From: Pelomyxa schiedti
Lineage: Eukaryota > Protista > Evosea
Direction: 5' to 3'
DNA length: 64,000 bases
Assembly (NCBI GenBank): GCA_020536535.1
Contig: JAHLWZ010000798.1
Coordinates: forward strand, 62,001 to 126,000
Part shown: positions 39,159 to 51,363 of the stretch, one piece after another
How positions within the stretch are numbered: position 1 is the stretch's first letter
How the letters are laid out: every line of letters starts with the position of its first letter
The notes under the pieces: model-generated
Databases searched by the model: none
What the model was told of the DNA's origin: nothing
The model's input: the letters and a program-made list of their open reading frames with translations, nothing else
Position numbers and translations under genes: made by a program

Positions 39159-40099
39159 TCAGGGATGTTCCAATGGAGACTGTAGAAATAGAGTTTCGTT
39201 CAGAAGTTCCACTGTAGATAGTACATTCCAGCCACCGATTGGCCACATTCTCGCCACAGCTCTGACCGGCTGGTGCAGGGGCAGTCGTGATAAAACCGGG
39301 CCTGTTTTGACTGTTAATATGGGATTGTGGGTAGGTTGTACTCGGAAAACAAACCTAAAGCTGTGTGGGTTTCTTCGTTCATCCACAGCACCAGCACAGT
39401 GGCCTCTCCCACAATTTTCTCCATCACGGCTTCGTCAAATACATCCGCCTGGTGCAGTACAACCCAAGCCTTGCCGCCGCTGCATTTTTCCGATTCCAGA
39501 GCCAGCTCCGACCCCAGATCCAAGCACGGGACCGGCAATCCGTCGTCCAGACTGGCGTACAGCTCCCCAGCCCCAGGCCCATCCACCACGGCAAGGTCGT
39601 CGTCGCCGCCACCCCAGTCGGCGCAGTCGCTGGCCAGTCGCTCGTGGGTCCGCGCTTGGTCATCGTGGCGACGCTGCCACCGCACGACAGAGACCCGCCC
39701 CACGCCCGGGTGCGGCAGCAGGGCCTCCTGGGCCCTCGCCACCAGCCCCCCCTCGACTTCCACCCCCACCACGAGGGCACAGCGCTGCGGTGGGCAAGAG
39801 GCGGGGGAGGAGGAGCCGGAAGCACACGCGGGCACGGGGGCGAGGGAGGACGCAATCTCGGCCGCGGCCAGCAGGATGGCGCCGTCGCCGCACCCGAGGT
39901 CCGCAACGACGTCGCGGGGGCCCAGGGCGGCCAGGCCCACCATTGCGTCGACCACGGGGCGGGGCGTTGGCTCGAAGCAGGCGCGGGCCGCGGGCCGCCG
40001 GGGCAGCTTGCACTCCCCTCCCTCGTGCCCCTGCGGCGCTGCGAGGCTGACCCGCAGGACCAGGAGTAGGAGGACTACGAGGGCTTGTTGTTCACGCAT
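39159..40099 (-). CDS. Class I SAM-dependent methyltransferase (FAM173/bacterial protein-lysine MTase-like) with a hydrophobic N-terminus
   Basis: FEPTPRPVVDAMVGLAALGPRDVVADLGCGDGAILLAAA, VVGVEVEGGLVARA, ADVFD..ATVLVLWM, VAR.WPIGGW. Confidence 0.8.
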
Positions 40100-40277
40100 G
40101 TGTTTGTGTTCGCCAAACACACGCACCGTGAGTAAACATCACAAAAAAAAGTGATTGGTATGTTTCGGCGAATGAGCCGGAGGAGGAAGCCTCTCTACGG
40201 CTTCTTGTTCTTTCTTTTGGTTTTTTTACACATAAAAGAAAGATTCCATTAAGGAATAGGCAAAGTTATATTCATAG

Positions 40278-41815
40278 TTAGGGGCAAGGGCATGCACACA
40301 GGCAGCAGGGAGTACGGTCCCATCCGCAAGCAGCACAAATCCAGCGAGTGAAGCAGCACAGGTTTCTCCACATCCACCCTGGGCATTTTGCCTTGCAGCA
40401 CAGCCTGTTGTGGCCAGAGGAGCACCACATTTCGGACACAGATACTCGGGATCCAGTGCCTTGATACAAGTCAATCACTGTGACCTCTGGCCGCATGCAG
40501 AATCTCCATGGAATCATGGGCTCCACTCCAATCCCTGGGTTGATGTAAATGAATGAGGACCGGCCGGATACGCGGTGAAGTCCGCGAGCATATTTCCTGT
40601 TGAATCTGGATAAGGCCACAAGAGGTCCAAAAAACGGCACAGCAAACTAGTTCAGTAAATTGGGTACGTTTTAGTGTATATGCGCCGGTTGAGCTTGTAC
40701 CTGTCCTCCATGGGTATGACCAGAGAGGAGCAAATCAGCACCAACAATCTCTTCACATAGGTCAGGGGAGTGGTACAGGAAAACTCTCCAATCTTCAGCA
40801 GGCACAGATTCCAGCAGAGCATTGGCAACGCCTACTGGTTCTGTTTCTTCATCAGAAAAAGGGCACCTGGGAGAACGTTTAAAAGCAATATTTACGGGAA
40901 GCGTGGCTACCCAACAATGTGCACCGTTTGACCACCAATATCAATTGTTTCACAACTGCCATCCAACCACTGGAATCCAGTATCCTTCAGCAGAGGGAGG
41001 GTGTGCCAATACCAGGTGTCCCAATTTCCTCGGACTGCGAGTTTACGAGTCGCTTGTATTTTGCTAAGTATCTGAGAGGGTTTTGAGGAATTCCCACAAG
41101 AGAGTTGGAAGGAACATTATGAAGGATTGGAAGAGCTTCGTCTGAGTTCAGCAAATCCCCGAGCAATACCACGACGTCGGGCCTTTTCGAAGTGTTAAAT
41201 GTAACAGTTCACTTCCATGCTACTAACTTGCATCCATTGACAGCTGAGACAAGACCTTTCCAAGCCCCAGTGACTACTGTGTCGATATGCAAATCGGAAA
41301 TGACAACAATTCTACCCACAAAATCGAGGTTTCTGGAGCCTTTGGCGGCACGTAGGTGCCTTATACACAGAAATTTCGGCTCAAACAACCGACTGGCTTG
41401 CAACTATTAGTTCAGGAAAAAACCCATTATGAATGCATGCCTGTAAGGAATACAGAGTATCCCGAAAACTACAATTCCCAGGAGTGTCCAAGTCACATAA
41501 GGTTCTTCAATCCAAGAATCCCACTCAATTACGTTCAATTCCTTAAGTAGCTTCCAAACGCCAGCCCATATACACAACAAAACTGTTGGAAGCCTTATTA
41601 TGTACCCAAGCAGCACCCAAAAAAAAACAAAGAATTTGAGCAACTGACTCACTTATTGTTAGGAATATCCAAAAAACTATTGCCAGGGGAATTAATTGTG
41701 TTCCCCCAAAAGGCAATTTTCCAATATCATAGTGCTTTCTCGACAACCATATTACAAAGAAAATGCCCAACGCCAGCCACACGACACCAACACACAACGA
41801 AAAAATCCACTCCAT
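40278..41815 (-). CDS. Membrane-anchored calcineurin-like metallophosphoesterase (YkuE/YaeI/TMPPE-like) with a Cys-rich tail
   Basis: N-terminal TM segments; VISDLHID, VLLGDL, RGNWD, LYHSPD, LSGHTHGGQ, YINPGIG...RFCMRPEVTVIDL. Confidence 0.85.
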
Positions 41816-42043
41816 TTTTTCGTATTCTCGGGTTTCAGTATTCGAAACAAGCCAATTCTCACCATGCAAATTGGAATTGTTACCTGCTCTCAGAACCCGG
41901 TCTGCAACCTACAAAGTGTGCCTCCTTCCTCGCGGAGTTGCAACTCCATGTGGACCTGGAATTCCATCACAACTTAAAAAACCCCCTCATCAGACACCAG
42001 TCTCTTCGTGGAACCGCCAAACAGGCACAGACGCCACACCGTG

Positions 42044-45000
42044 ATGCTGTTCTCTTTGGAGAGATTCCCGGCCAACAGTAGGCTAATACTTTTGTTTGTT
42101 GTTCTGAGGTGGCGAGACACAGGCGAAACTGAAAAAATTATCTTTTTTTTTTATTTTATACAGGATCACTAAAGGACCAGTGCAGCCTGCCATGGGGCGG
42201 AGTCATTCGTCCCCTGCACCCACTTTCAGATGTCATGGATCTCCCGCCAACCCAACAAACATCACTATCAAATCAGAACGCCAGCAGTGCATCCACGACT
42301 AGTAGCCGGAGGACCGACACACCGCATGCACAGCTACTGGCTTTGTGCACATCGTGTGGTGCTGCCATTAACCCATTTGTTGAATTCGAGTCTTCTCAAT
42401 GGATTTGCTCTTTGTGCCAGGTACGGCAGACCTTTTGATTGGCTTTATATCACTCTTTTTTTTTTTTTTTTTTACTGAATGTGTTTCTTTCTATATGGCG
42501 GAGATATGAAGAAAATAAATAAAGAAATGAACGCCTTACACACGGATAGCACCACAACACAATAACAGGCAATTCTCGTTATGCCTCTGTGATGACAAGG
42601 GCACGCCTCACGGAACTCACTTCCCCTTTTTTCGATTACAGTGCCGATTTGGAGGTCTCTCCAGAACAATCTACTATCCCTGGCTCTGTTCCATTGGGAG
42701 ACTCCCGAATGGACATTCCCACGTACATAGCATTGGTGGACCTCACAGGTAATTCACAAACTATTTGTTTGATGAACGCCCAAAATCCCACAGGAGGGGA
42801 ATCGTACATTGATTTAGTTATCTCTGGCCTCCTTGCTCTTCTCGAAGGTTCGAAGATCGAAAACTGTAGAAACCATTTTCTAACTTGGCAATGATTCAAG
42901 GTCTGCCTAAATACGGAAGATTTGGGATTGTAACTGCATCTCAAAACAGCGTTGGTATTTTTGACATCACCAGTCCATACCCGCATTATAAGGCCGTAGC
43001 GGCTCGGGAAGAAGGTTCAACAACTGTCACATCGCTGATGTTGCACGAAGTTATTCCTTTTTCCAGAATGACCGCCTCGGTTAGTATCACTTGTAGTTAT
43101 CTCTTCATTGCATGATTCTCACTCCAGATTGCCTCATATTCTGATCAAATGTCTAATTCCATTGAAAGCTTGCGTTCCCTTATTTCTTCTACACCCACTT
43201 GTGCACCAGCATTTGGGCCTGCCCTAAAGTCACTGATTTCTACTATAAGCCTTCATGGTCCTTGCAGTGGTACACATTATTTTTCATTACCAATTTCTTA
43301 TTGTGCAACTCAGTCAGAGTGCTTACCTTCCTATCGGGACCCCCTTCGTTTGGCGTGGGAGTCCTGAGGCCAGTGCAGCTGTCCAATGGAAGTGGGCTGG
43401 CGCCAACCTGCTCTTTTTATCAGGAGCAAGTTGCTGTCCTTAAATACAAATAAACTCACTGATGAGCCTACCACAGGCCCGTGAAGCTGCGAAATTTTGT
43501 GCTTGCATTGATTTGATCATAGTTTCGGATGGTTTTGTGGGCTTGCCTACACTCAGATTTCTTGCAGAACTCACAGGTGGGATAATAAGAGTTTATAGCC
43601 CTGCATCACCTGAGGGTTCTCTTCCTCATGATTTGTGAGTATAAATCATTTTTATGCTTCCTCTCTTCTTAATATCTTTCCACAGATACCAGTGGTGCTC
43701 ACATCAACATTCCTTCCGTGGTGAGATGAAAATTCTCACTTCATCCTCCCTCAAGGTTTGCAAAAGAGTCCAAAAGTTTACCTAAACAAGAAAAGGTTTT
43801 AAATACCACAGGAAGTATTTCACGTGGCAGTTCTGACACGACGTGCTCTATAACAGGAGGTGACCCTTACCAGTGTATTACAGTTACCTTTGACTACATA
43901 TCTTCTTTCATAAGGTATATCCGTTTGGCTGGATAAAGTTATTTTCTAATGATATTCAGTGAGGAAAAGCCTGTTGTGCAGGTTTTATATACATATTGGT
44001 CAACGGGATTTTCTGATGAAGACCCAGCTGGAAGACTTCGTAAGCGGCTCAGGTTAGCTACCCTCCCATTAGGTGATTTTTGAATTGCATTAGAGTGTAC
44101 ACACGACGAGTTGACATGTGCACCTCATCACGTGATTTGTATCAGAGCTGCAACCCAGATGTTGTGGTCAATCTTCTTTCTCATAAGGTAATATCTTACG
44201 CCGGCAAGCTTCGCATAATATATTTTTGCTTTCCTTTTTAGATCATGAGAGTTTCTTTGGAACAAGGACTTTCTGAGGCAAGACTTCTGATACAAGACTT
44301 TCTTGTGCTGCTATTTGCAAATTACGTAGAATCCATAACTACCACACAAGGGGCTCAAAGAGCACTTGACCTCTCATTTCCACTTTCTCCGTCCCTTAGA
44401 GTATCTCACTCACAGTTCTATCCCGATTCAACAATAATACTCCTCTAGACCCTACCGCCTCTTGTTTTTGGCTTACTCAAAAGCCCTCTGATGGGCACAG
44501 ATGCAATCACACCTGACACTTGGATTTATTATCATTCACTTTGCAGGTTTTTTCCCAATCCTCATCGAATGAAAATAAGGGATTTTTTAGTTCTTTGCCA
44601 TCTGAACTATTGCATATACTTTTGTATCCCACTCTTTCTGTATTTGACGCCCAAGGTGCCCTTATTTCATCAAGTGTGTCACTTTCATGTTCTTCACTCG
44701 ACATCAACGAACCGTATGTAATTGCAATCTAGAGCGCATGCAAAGAAAGGCTAACCTACAAGTTGTAGGCAAGTGTTTGTATTGGATGCCTTGACAAAGG
44801 CCTTTGTCATTTCGGTTGGTGATGTTTGCTGCATGGGAACCAACGGAACAGCTCTCGCAGATGCGGTCGCATCACTGGTGCATAATAGACCTTGTGTTAC
44901 CAGTGTAATAACATTTCAACGACCCACTTCTGATAGCAGCACTTTCCTCCCAATTCTCGAGTGTGCCTTACGAAATTACCACTCCACCTTTAACCCTTTG

Positions 45001-45101
45001 GCTACAGGTACCTCATTGAGGACGAAAATTCCCGCGGAATGAGCTATCAGCAGTTCACATCATTCATTGGAACGGAGGTAATAAAAGTAACCCACCACTA
45101 G
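42044..45101 (+). CDS. Divergent Sec23/Sec24-family protein; 3' end uncertain
   Basis: MLFSLERFPAN...LPWGGVIRP, zinc finger CTSCGAAINPF...WICSLC, vWA trunk PTYIALVDL, gelsolin-like VFVLDA. Confidence 0.8.
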
Positions 45102-45318
45102 AAAGAATAAAAATTAGCTATCAAGACCACTACTGGTTCTTGTCTCCTTCACTGTTGATGTTTTATTTTGGAAAACAGGTGACTGGAATGGTGACTTCCC
45201 TGGCAGTAAAGCAACGAAGTTCTCCATTGCAGTGTGCACCAGAAGGCAAAGAACAAAACACAAGTGCCCTTGTCATTCGAAGCAGGGTACAGCCACACAA
45301 TCAGTTGTCATTGAGTCC

Positions 45319-45885
45319 TCACAAGTTGGAGTACTTGGTGTGGGGCCCAGGGGCAAGGTTGTGCGTGCACTTTGAAGGCGCGACTTGCTCGGGCACGCTG
45401 CCCAGTCTCCACACCAGCGGGATTTCAACCGGCACACGAGCAGGGGAGGACGCAGAGGACGATGTGGAGGACGTCGGCGGGGGCCGGGAGGCCGACGGAC
45501 GCTCCTCGTAGAGTTTGTATCGTGTGGTGCTCTGTGCCTGCGGGTACGCAGGGGAGGCTCGATAGGAGGTGGTGGTGGGAGTTGTTGTTGAGGATGTTGG
45601 TGGTGGTGGCGGCATCGGGGACCACGGTGGTTGTGCTACGCGAGATGGGGATGGGGTGGGCAGGAGTGGGGGTTGCTGCTGGCGCTGCTGGGGCTGTTGG
45701 TAGTTGTCTGCGGTCCACGTGCGCTGGACGTTGTGGGAGACGGGACGGTATCCTGGGTAGTAGCCCGATCGTTGTTGCATTGCGTACCCTACTGGCCACC
45801 CTCCGCCGTACGGTCCATACCCCGTCGCCATTGACAACGTATAGATCTCTTGCAGAGCCTGCCGAAGTAGTTGATTGGTGTCCAT
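45319..45885 (-). CDS. Intronless low-complexity P/Q/Y/S-rich hypothetical protein
   Basis: 188-aa ATG-initiated ORF in GC-rich DNA with coherent coding composition. Confidence 0.5.
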   Translation of the reverse strand: MDTNQLLRQALQEIYTLSMATGYGPYGGGWPVGYAMQQRSGYYPGYRPVSHNVQRTWTADNYQQPQQRQQQPPLLPTPSPSRVAQPPWSPMPPPPPTSSTTTPTTTSYRASPAYPQAQSTTRYKLYEERPSASRPPPTSSTSSSASSPARVPVEIPLVWRLGSVPEQVAPSKCTHNLAPGPHTKYSNL

Positions 45886-46017
45886 TCATCAGGGGATTGG
45901 GACGTAAGCTAGTACATGTCAACAACAGCCGCTCTAGGAGGAAGATGGAACCTGTTCACTGGTTTCAGTTGATCAAAGGAAGCTGCAACGAAACTGGCTT
46001 TTTTTTTGATTTAGAAG

Positions 46018-46797
46018 ATGACGGGAGAGGTGTGCGTGGTGTTGTGTAGTCCACGTGCATTCGCTGCTGGTGTGTTCATTGCTTGTAGTGACGTTGACAC
46101 CTACGGCATTGGTGACGATGGCGAAGAGGAGCAACATTACCCAGTGGACGAATCGCACGGGAATTATGGGTCTTGCTGCACTGGTGCCAGTTGGGCACCT
46201 TCACAACAACAACATCATCATCATCAACAGCAGCACGAAAGCACCAGGCCGAAAAGGGCGAAAACTTCGACGCCTGTGATGTGCAGAGTGCTGAGAATAG
46301 AATCGAAAAAAACCGCAACGGTGCCGACGTTTACGAGGCTGGCAAACGCCCAACAGGTTTGTGAGATATTGGTTGCTTTGCGTGAAAATATTTGTATTGC
46401 TCTATTTCCATTGTTTGGTGCTGATGCTGATGTGTTAAGTGTTGTAGTGTCAATGTATAGTTTGGGGGCTTTGGCTATTTGTGTGGGGCAGAAGTGACAG
46501 TGGCAAGGGTTTAGTGTTACTATATAGTTGTATGCAGGGATTGAGGAGTGGTTGATGGACCCAGATTGGTCAACGGTGATCCGTTCTTGCAAATATGTCT
46601 TTGTGGACTTCCACTCTGACACTCTGGTGGAATTACTCCAGCTGCACACCGACACAATTCCCTCGACACCTACAATGACTCCGGACACACCGGTTATGAC
46701 ATACAGAACAAGGAGAAAAAACAACAGGGCAAAAATGGAGAGGAGAACGATTCGTCAGGCAGCTTTAGCTACAGTTCAAAACACAATTGGTGTGTAG
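46018..46797 (+). CDS. Hypothetical protein; 5' end unresolved
   Basis: Exon ...RLANAQQ|gtttgt...cag|GIEEWLMDPDWSTVIRSCKYVFVDF... joins in frame to the stop at 46797. Confidence 0.45.
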
Positions 46798-47134
46798 TAC
46801 AAGACAAACACAATGCCACCTCCAAACAACCAATGGATCACCCTCTGTTGCAGGAAGTCATCCAACAACCAATCTCGCCAGTGAACTCTCTGAAAAAGTA
46901 CAACCTTTGCCGTTTGAAACAAGGAAGCCATCCAAGAAGGAGCTTTGTCGTGTATTTGCCCTCCTGTTGCAGAGCGGTATAATTACCTGAAGCAAACAAG
47001 TGGAACTTGTCAAACTACCTGGAAAAATACCGAAAACTATTCGGTCTGTCACGTACCTCTTCGACTTCCTTTTCCCGTAAAAGTTTTAAAAAGAAATCCA
47101 AATCGTAAAGCGCACACCCACCAGCGAAAAAAAA

Positions 47135-50100
47135 ATGACGAGCGCCTCCGAGAAGAGACTGGCCTCAGGGCACCCACCGCCGTCGCCCACCCCGCCCCTG
47201 ATGCCCTCCGCAGTTGCAAACGGGGCGATGACGTCATCCTCCGCGACGACAGGCAACAGCCTCGTCATCGGCGGCAGCGGCAGCCTCAGCAGCACAGGCG
47301 GGGAACGTGGGGGAGCGGGGCCCGGCGCGGGCGTGGGCCCGGGCGGGAGCCTGTCGACCAGCGGGGGGGCGCTGGGGTCCCTGCGGGAGAGCACCAGCGC
47401 CACGTGCCTGATGGCCGCCTGCGGGTCGCCCACGCTGGGGCCCATGGTCGTGGTCGGGGGCGTGGGGGGCGGCAGCGGCCTGGTGGCGGTCGGCGCCTCG
47501 GTCGTGGTCGCGAGCAAGGACCCCGCCGCCGCCGGCGGGGGGGACAAGGCGGGGCCGGGGGGCACGGGGGGCGGAGCGCTGCAGAACGGGGAGGGGACTG
47601 GGAGCGGGAAGAGGCCTGTGGTGATGGGGAGCGGGACCGGCGACGCGGGCGTCGGCGGGGACGCCGAGGGGTCCAACGACGCCAGCACCACTGTACTTAT
47701 GGGTCCGGGATATGAACAGGTTTCTCAGAAGAAGAGAGTGTTGTCAGGTTAGTTGTTCTGGAAGTACTTGGGCAAAATGCTCTCTATCTAACTTAGCTCA
47801 ATTTTTTTTTCTTTGCTTATTGTTTTAACAGGCGTGTTCAATGTTGAGCATAGCCATGAGCACTATGCTGTAAGTAGAATTTGTCACATCAAAGTATTTT
47901 CAATAGGTTACAATCCCAAAGACAATTCACATGGGCTGATCTTTAACAAAAATTTCAGAGATACTAAACCCAATTCCTGATCTTGGGCCTTTATGCTTGT
48001 CTGTATCATTAATGAAAGCCAAGGGCTCACTCCCGGCTACAATAGACATGAATCCAGTTGAGACTGGAGGTCCCAGATCTTTGCGTGTTGACCTCACATA
48101 CTCTTTCAGATACTCGCATTCTCTCAGGGTATATCTTATACAACTGCACTTTTAACCTTACCTGCACATTTAAGGAATTTGAAGATGTGCTCGTTATTAA
48201 AGCTCAAACCAACAAACACAGAATAGGCCCAAAGAAAAGTACTACAATTGCTACTGCCCAACTATTTATGTCCCACATTGTATATTTCCACCTTTTGCAT
48301 TGCCTTTCTTAGACTTCATAGGTCCAGTTCCCCATGGATGACGATTTGATTCTGTACTGCAGTGAGAAGGGTGTTAAGAGTCCACCGGTTCCTTTATTCA
48401 AGCTACGAGTATCGATAGGAACGTAAGGATTCCCTATTTCTTTGGGATGGGTGAAATCCGTTTCAATGCAAGTACTATTCTTTACCCAATGAACGTTTTC
48501 TCTAGGTATCCTCAGAGTATAAGTACACATGAAGATGCTCAAGTGATTCTATTTACTTCTTTACACCACGTGTAACCTTTCACAAAGGAATGGGAATATG
48601 AAGCCCTACCAGAACAGTACTCTGATGAATACTCAAGCAGCAGTGACTCAGAAGACGAGTCCACAAAACTCACCACCATGCCCACAACTGCTTCTGGGAC
48701 AGCACAAGTCCCTCTATCACAGAGGTTGAGACTTCTGTCACCAACAACAACTCTTAGTGTTGCCTCCCCAAATGACATCAAAAGCCTACGTGACGATCCC
48801 AAGGTTTTTTTTTTTTTTCATACGTATCCACAGCTAATATTTCTTCATAGCCATCCCCAGTAAAAGATAAACGGTCTAAGTCTGTTTCAGTTGTTCAGCC
48901 AAAAAAAAGAGGGGATCTGGAATGTTGGTCCACAACTTTTTTTTGTTTTATAACTGATTCCAGTTCACACTGTGGAATTTACACCCGAGCGTACTGCCGA
49001 AATCCGTCAAGCCACAAGAGATGCACATTTGCACCCCCCATCCATTGATTCTCTTGAGGACGCTCCTGCTACTCCTACAACTGCGGCCACGGGCAATGTA
49101 GCAACAAATTCCGCGTCAATATCAGTTCCTGCCTTGGCATCGATCCCTCAGCCTTCCTTAAGTCGTTTTCGCTCAGATCCCCGCCTTTCAGATTCTTCAC
49201 CAACAATGGGGCCTCCTCCTGGTATTTCTTTTTTTCTTGGGGTGGATGCATTATTGAGCTTAATGGATACTTGAAGATTTGAGTGCCATCAAACCTGGAG
49301 ATACTATTTTCCTTGTCAACGGCGCAAGACGGCGCGCCCTGCGTGTAGCATCATTCATTGAAAAGAATTGCCCTTCTTTAAGGTTCCACATTACTATCGT
49401 ACTGTTCTCCTAAGAGATATCCAATTCAGCTCATCTGCCCATTTTGTGAAACCTAATTGTGAACGAGACGCACAAACCGTGATTAATACCCTGCTTGGAA
49501 AATTCATGTTACCCACTTTCTCCCTCTGCTTTTTCTCATAATCACAGACCTGACCACCCCTTCCATGTACTTGTTTTGGGTAGTGACGCCTTTCTTTCTT
49601 CAGCTATGCGACCCTACATCGAGGTTTTAGCAAACAAGTATGCTGTCTGCTTGGGTTTTTTTTTATTATTAATTCACTTTGGTAAGACCTCGTCAGTGGG
49701 AACCACTTGAACTTTTTCTCATTCCTATAGGTATGCAATTTTATTTGCAGTATTCAACTTAAACATTTCCTCATTATTTAGGGAAGCACTGCGAACTTGC
49801 GCAGCATGTCTGTTCCTTGGATACTGAGTACCGAAATTTGTTTGCTGATGACTTCTGGCATGCCCTTAGCGATCCCCATTGCCATCCCGCAGAAGGTGTA
49901 AAATTGGGCAACTCCTTTTAAGTGGGGTCGGCAATTTCTTTTTCTTCTACAGGCTCATACTCTTTCCAGCCTTTTTTTCCAGTATAACCTTCTTTACTCA
50001 GATGACTTTGTTGAAATTGAGCGTCGTATAGCTGTTTATTCCAATTCAGCTGTTGAAAATTTCAAGTTTACAATTGGAGAAGCATATCTTGCTGTCGCAG

Positions 50101-51264
50101 GTCAGGCGGCAAAGGCTTTTCCGTTTATAAAAGTAGATTGCTGCACTTCCTTTGCCGGATTAATTCCCACGTGCATGTAGTCTGTATTGATAACACATAC
50201 ACAAACTGATGTTGTACCTGAAGTCCTTGTTGATTTCATGGTCACCAAAAAAACTCCACACCAACAGCAGGTAGAATAGGAAAGGGTTACTTCGTTCTAA
50301 CTTGTATCACAGTCACAAAAAGTATTCCTCACAGCACTTGTTGCAACCAAAATGGCAGAAGTCGCAGCAAATATGCATGTGGATGCAGAAAATTTCCCTT
50401 CTAAAGATACATTGACAATGTTAATGCAAACTGCCCCAAAAAAATCCAAGAAGCCGAGTATGGTCCTCTCCTTTTTTGCGCTATTTTCACCCTTGAGCTA
50501 ACCAACAAGGAGTCAAACTCTTTGGGGGAAAGTTTGGCACCAAGTCCAGTGAGGTATGTTAGCACTAGAAATGCCACACAGAATAATAATCAATAAAGAA
50601 ATAACGTGCATGGATGAATTACAACATTCTGCCAGGTACCACCCAGTGATGCCACCGACGAGGATGCTGGCCACAAGTCCAAGCCATCAGTATTCCTCTA
50701 TTTTTTCTCCTATTCTTAGTTTTTTTTTTTTTTTGGTAGAACATAGTAACATCCCACAGGATTCCAAACACAAGGACAAGACCAAGCCCGAAAAAGATAA
50801 AAAGGACAAGAAAAAGAAAGGCTCCAAGGACTCTGACACATTGGTCAAAGAACTCACAGGAGCCCCACCTACCCCTTCGTCATCATCAGGAACTGCATCA
50901 ACATCTACAGCTAGCAGTACGACTACAACAATAACAGCAACACCAAGCAAGGGAGATAAATCAGAAAAATCTGAAAAAACAGAGAGAGATACAAAGGACA
51001 AGGACAAGGGTGACAAAATATTTGTCACCACCGTGTCGCGGCTGATGTGTTCTGTTGGTGACAGCAGCAGCTCACTTATGGGTTGGCTCCTGTTCTCTAT
51101 TCAATTCAATCCAAGTTCACTTACATTCTTCCTTTCCCAAACAAAATCATACAGTTTATGTTGATGGTACCCGGATAGAGTCTGTCAAGAATCTGACATT
51201 GAGAACTGAATGGGCAAGGGTGAAAACTATTTCTGTAAAATCCTTTGTTGCCTATTCTCTGTGA
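47135..51264 (+). CDS. PACS-1/PACS-2-like phosphofurin acidic cluster sorting protein
   Basis: FBR-like RILSG..TFNLTCTF..LVIK..TIATAQLFMSHI; C-terminal VLVLGSDAFLSSAMRPYIEVL, SLDTEYRNLFADDFW, IERRIAVY..FTIGEAYL, VSRLMC, VYVDGTRIESVKNLTLRTEW, in the same order as in PACS proteins. Confidence 0.75.
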
Positions 51265-51363
51265 AAAACAAGAGAAAAAAAGTGTAATTTCTATTCAAAA
51301 AGATAGATTATGTTTGTTAGCCAAAAAAAAATAAATACAACACAACGTAAAAACGAATTCGCC

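Noticed and set aside
39307-40154. Multiple long overlapping ORFs in several frames (also at 45372-46049, 47086-47715, 60036-60873)
   Set aside because: Stop-codon scarcity in GC-rich DNA; only one frame per region carries recognisable motifs
45180-45511. Sec23-like C-terminal exon overlapping the opposite-strand ORF 45319-45885
   Set aside because: An in-frame stop at 45099-45101 gives a natural end; the overlap needs an extra unverified intron
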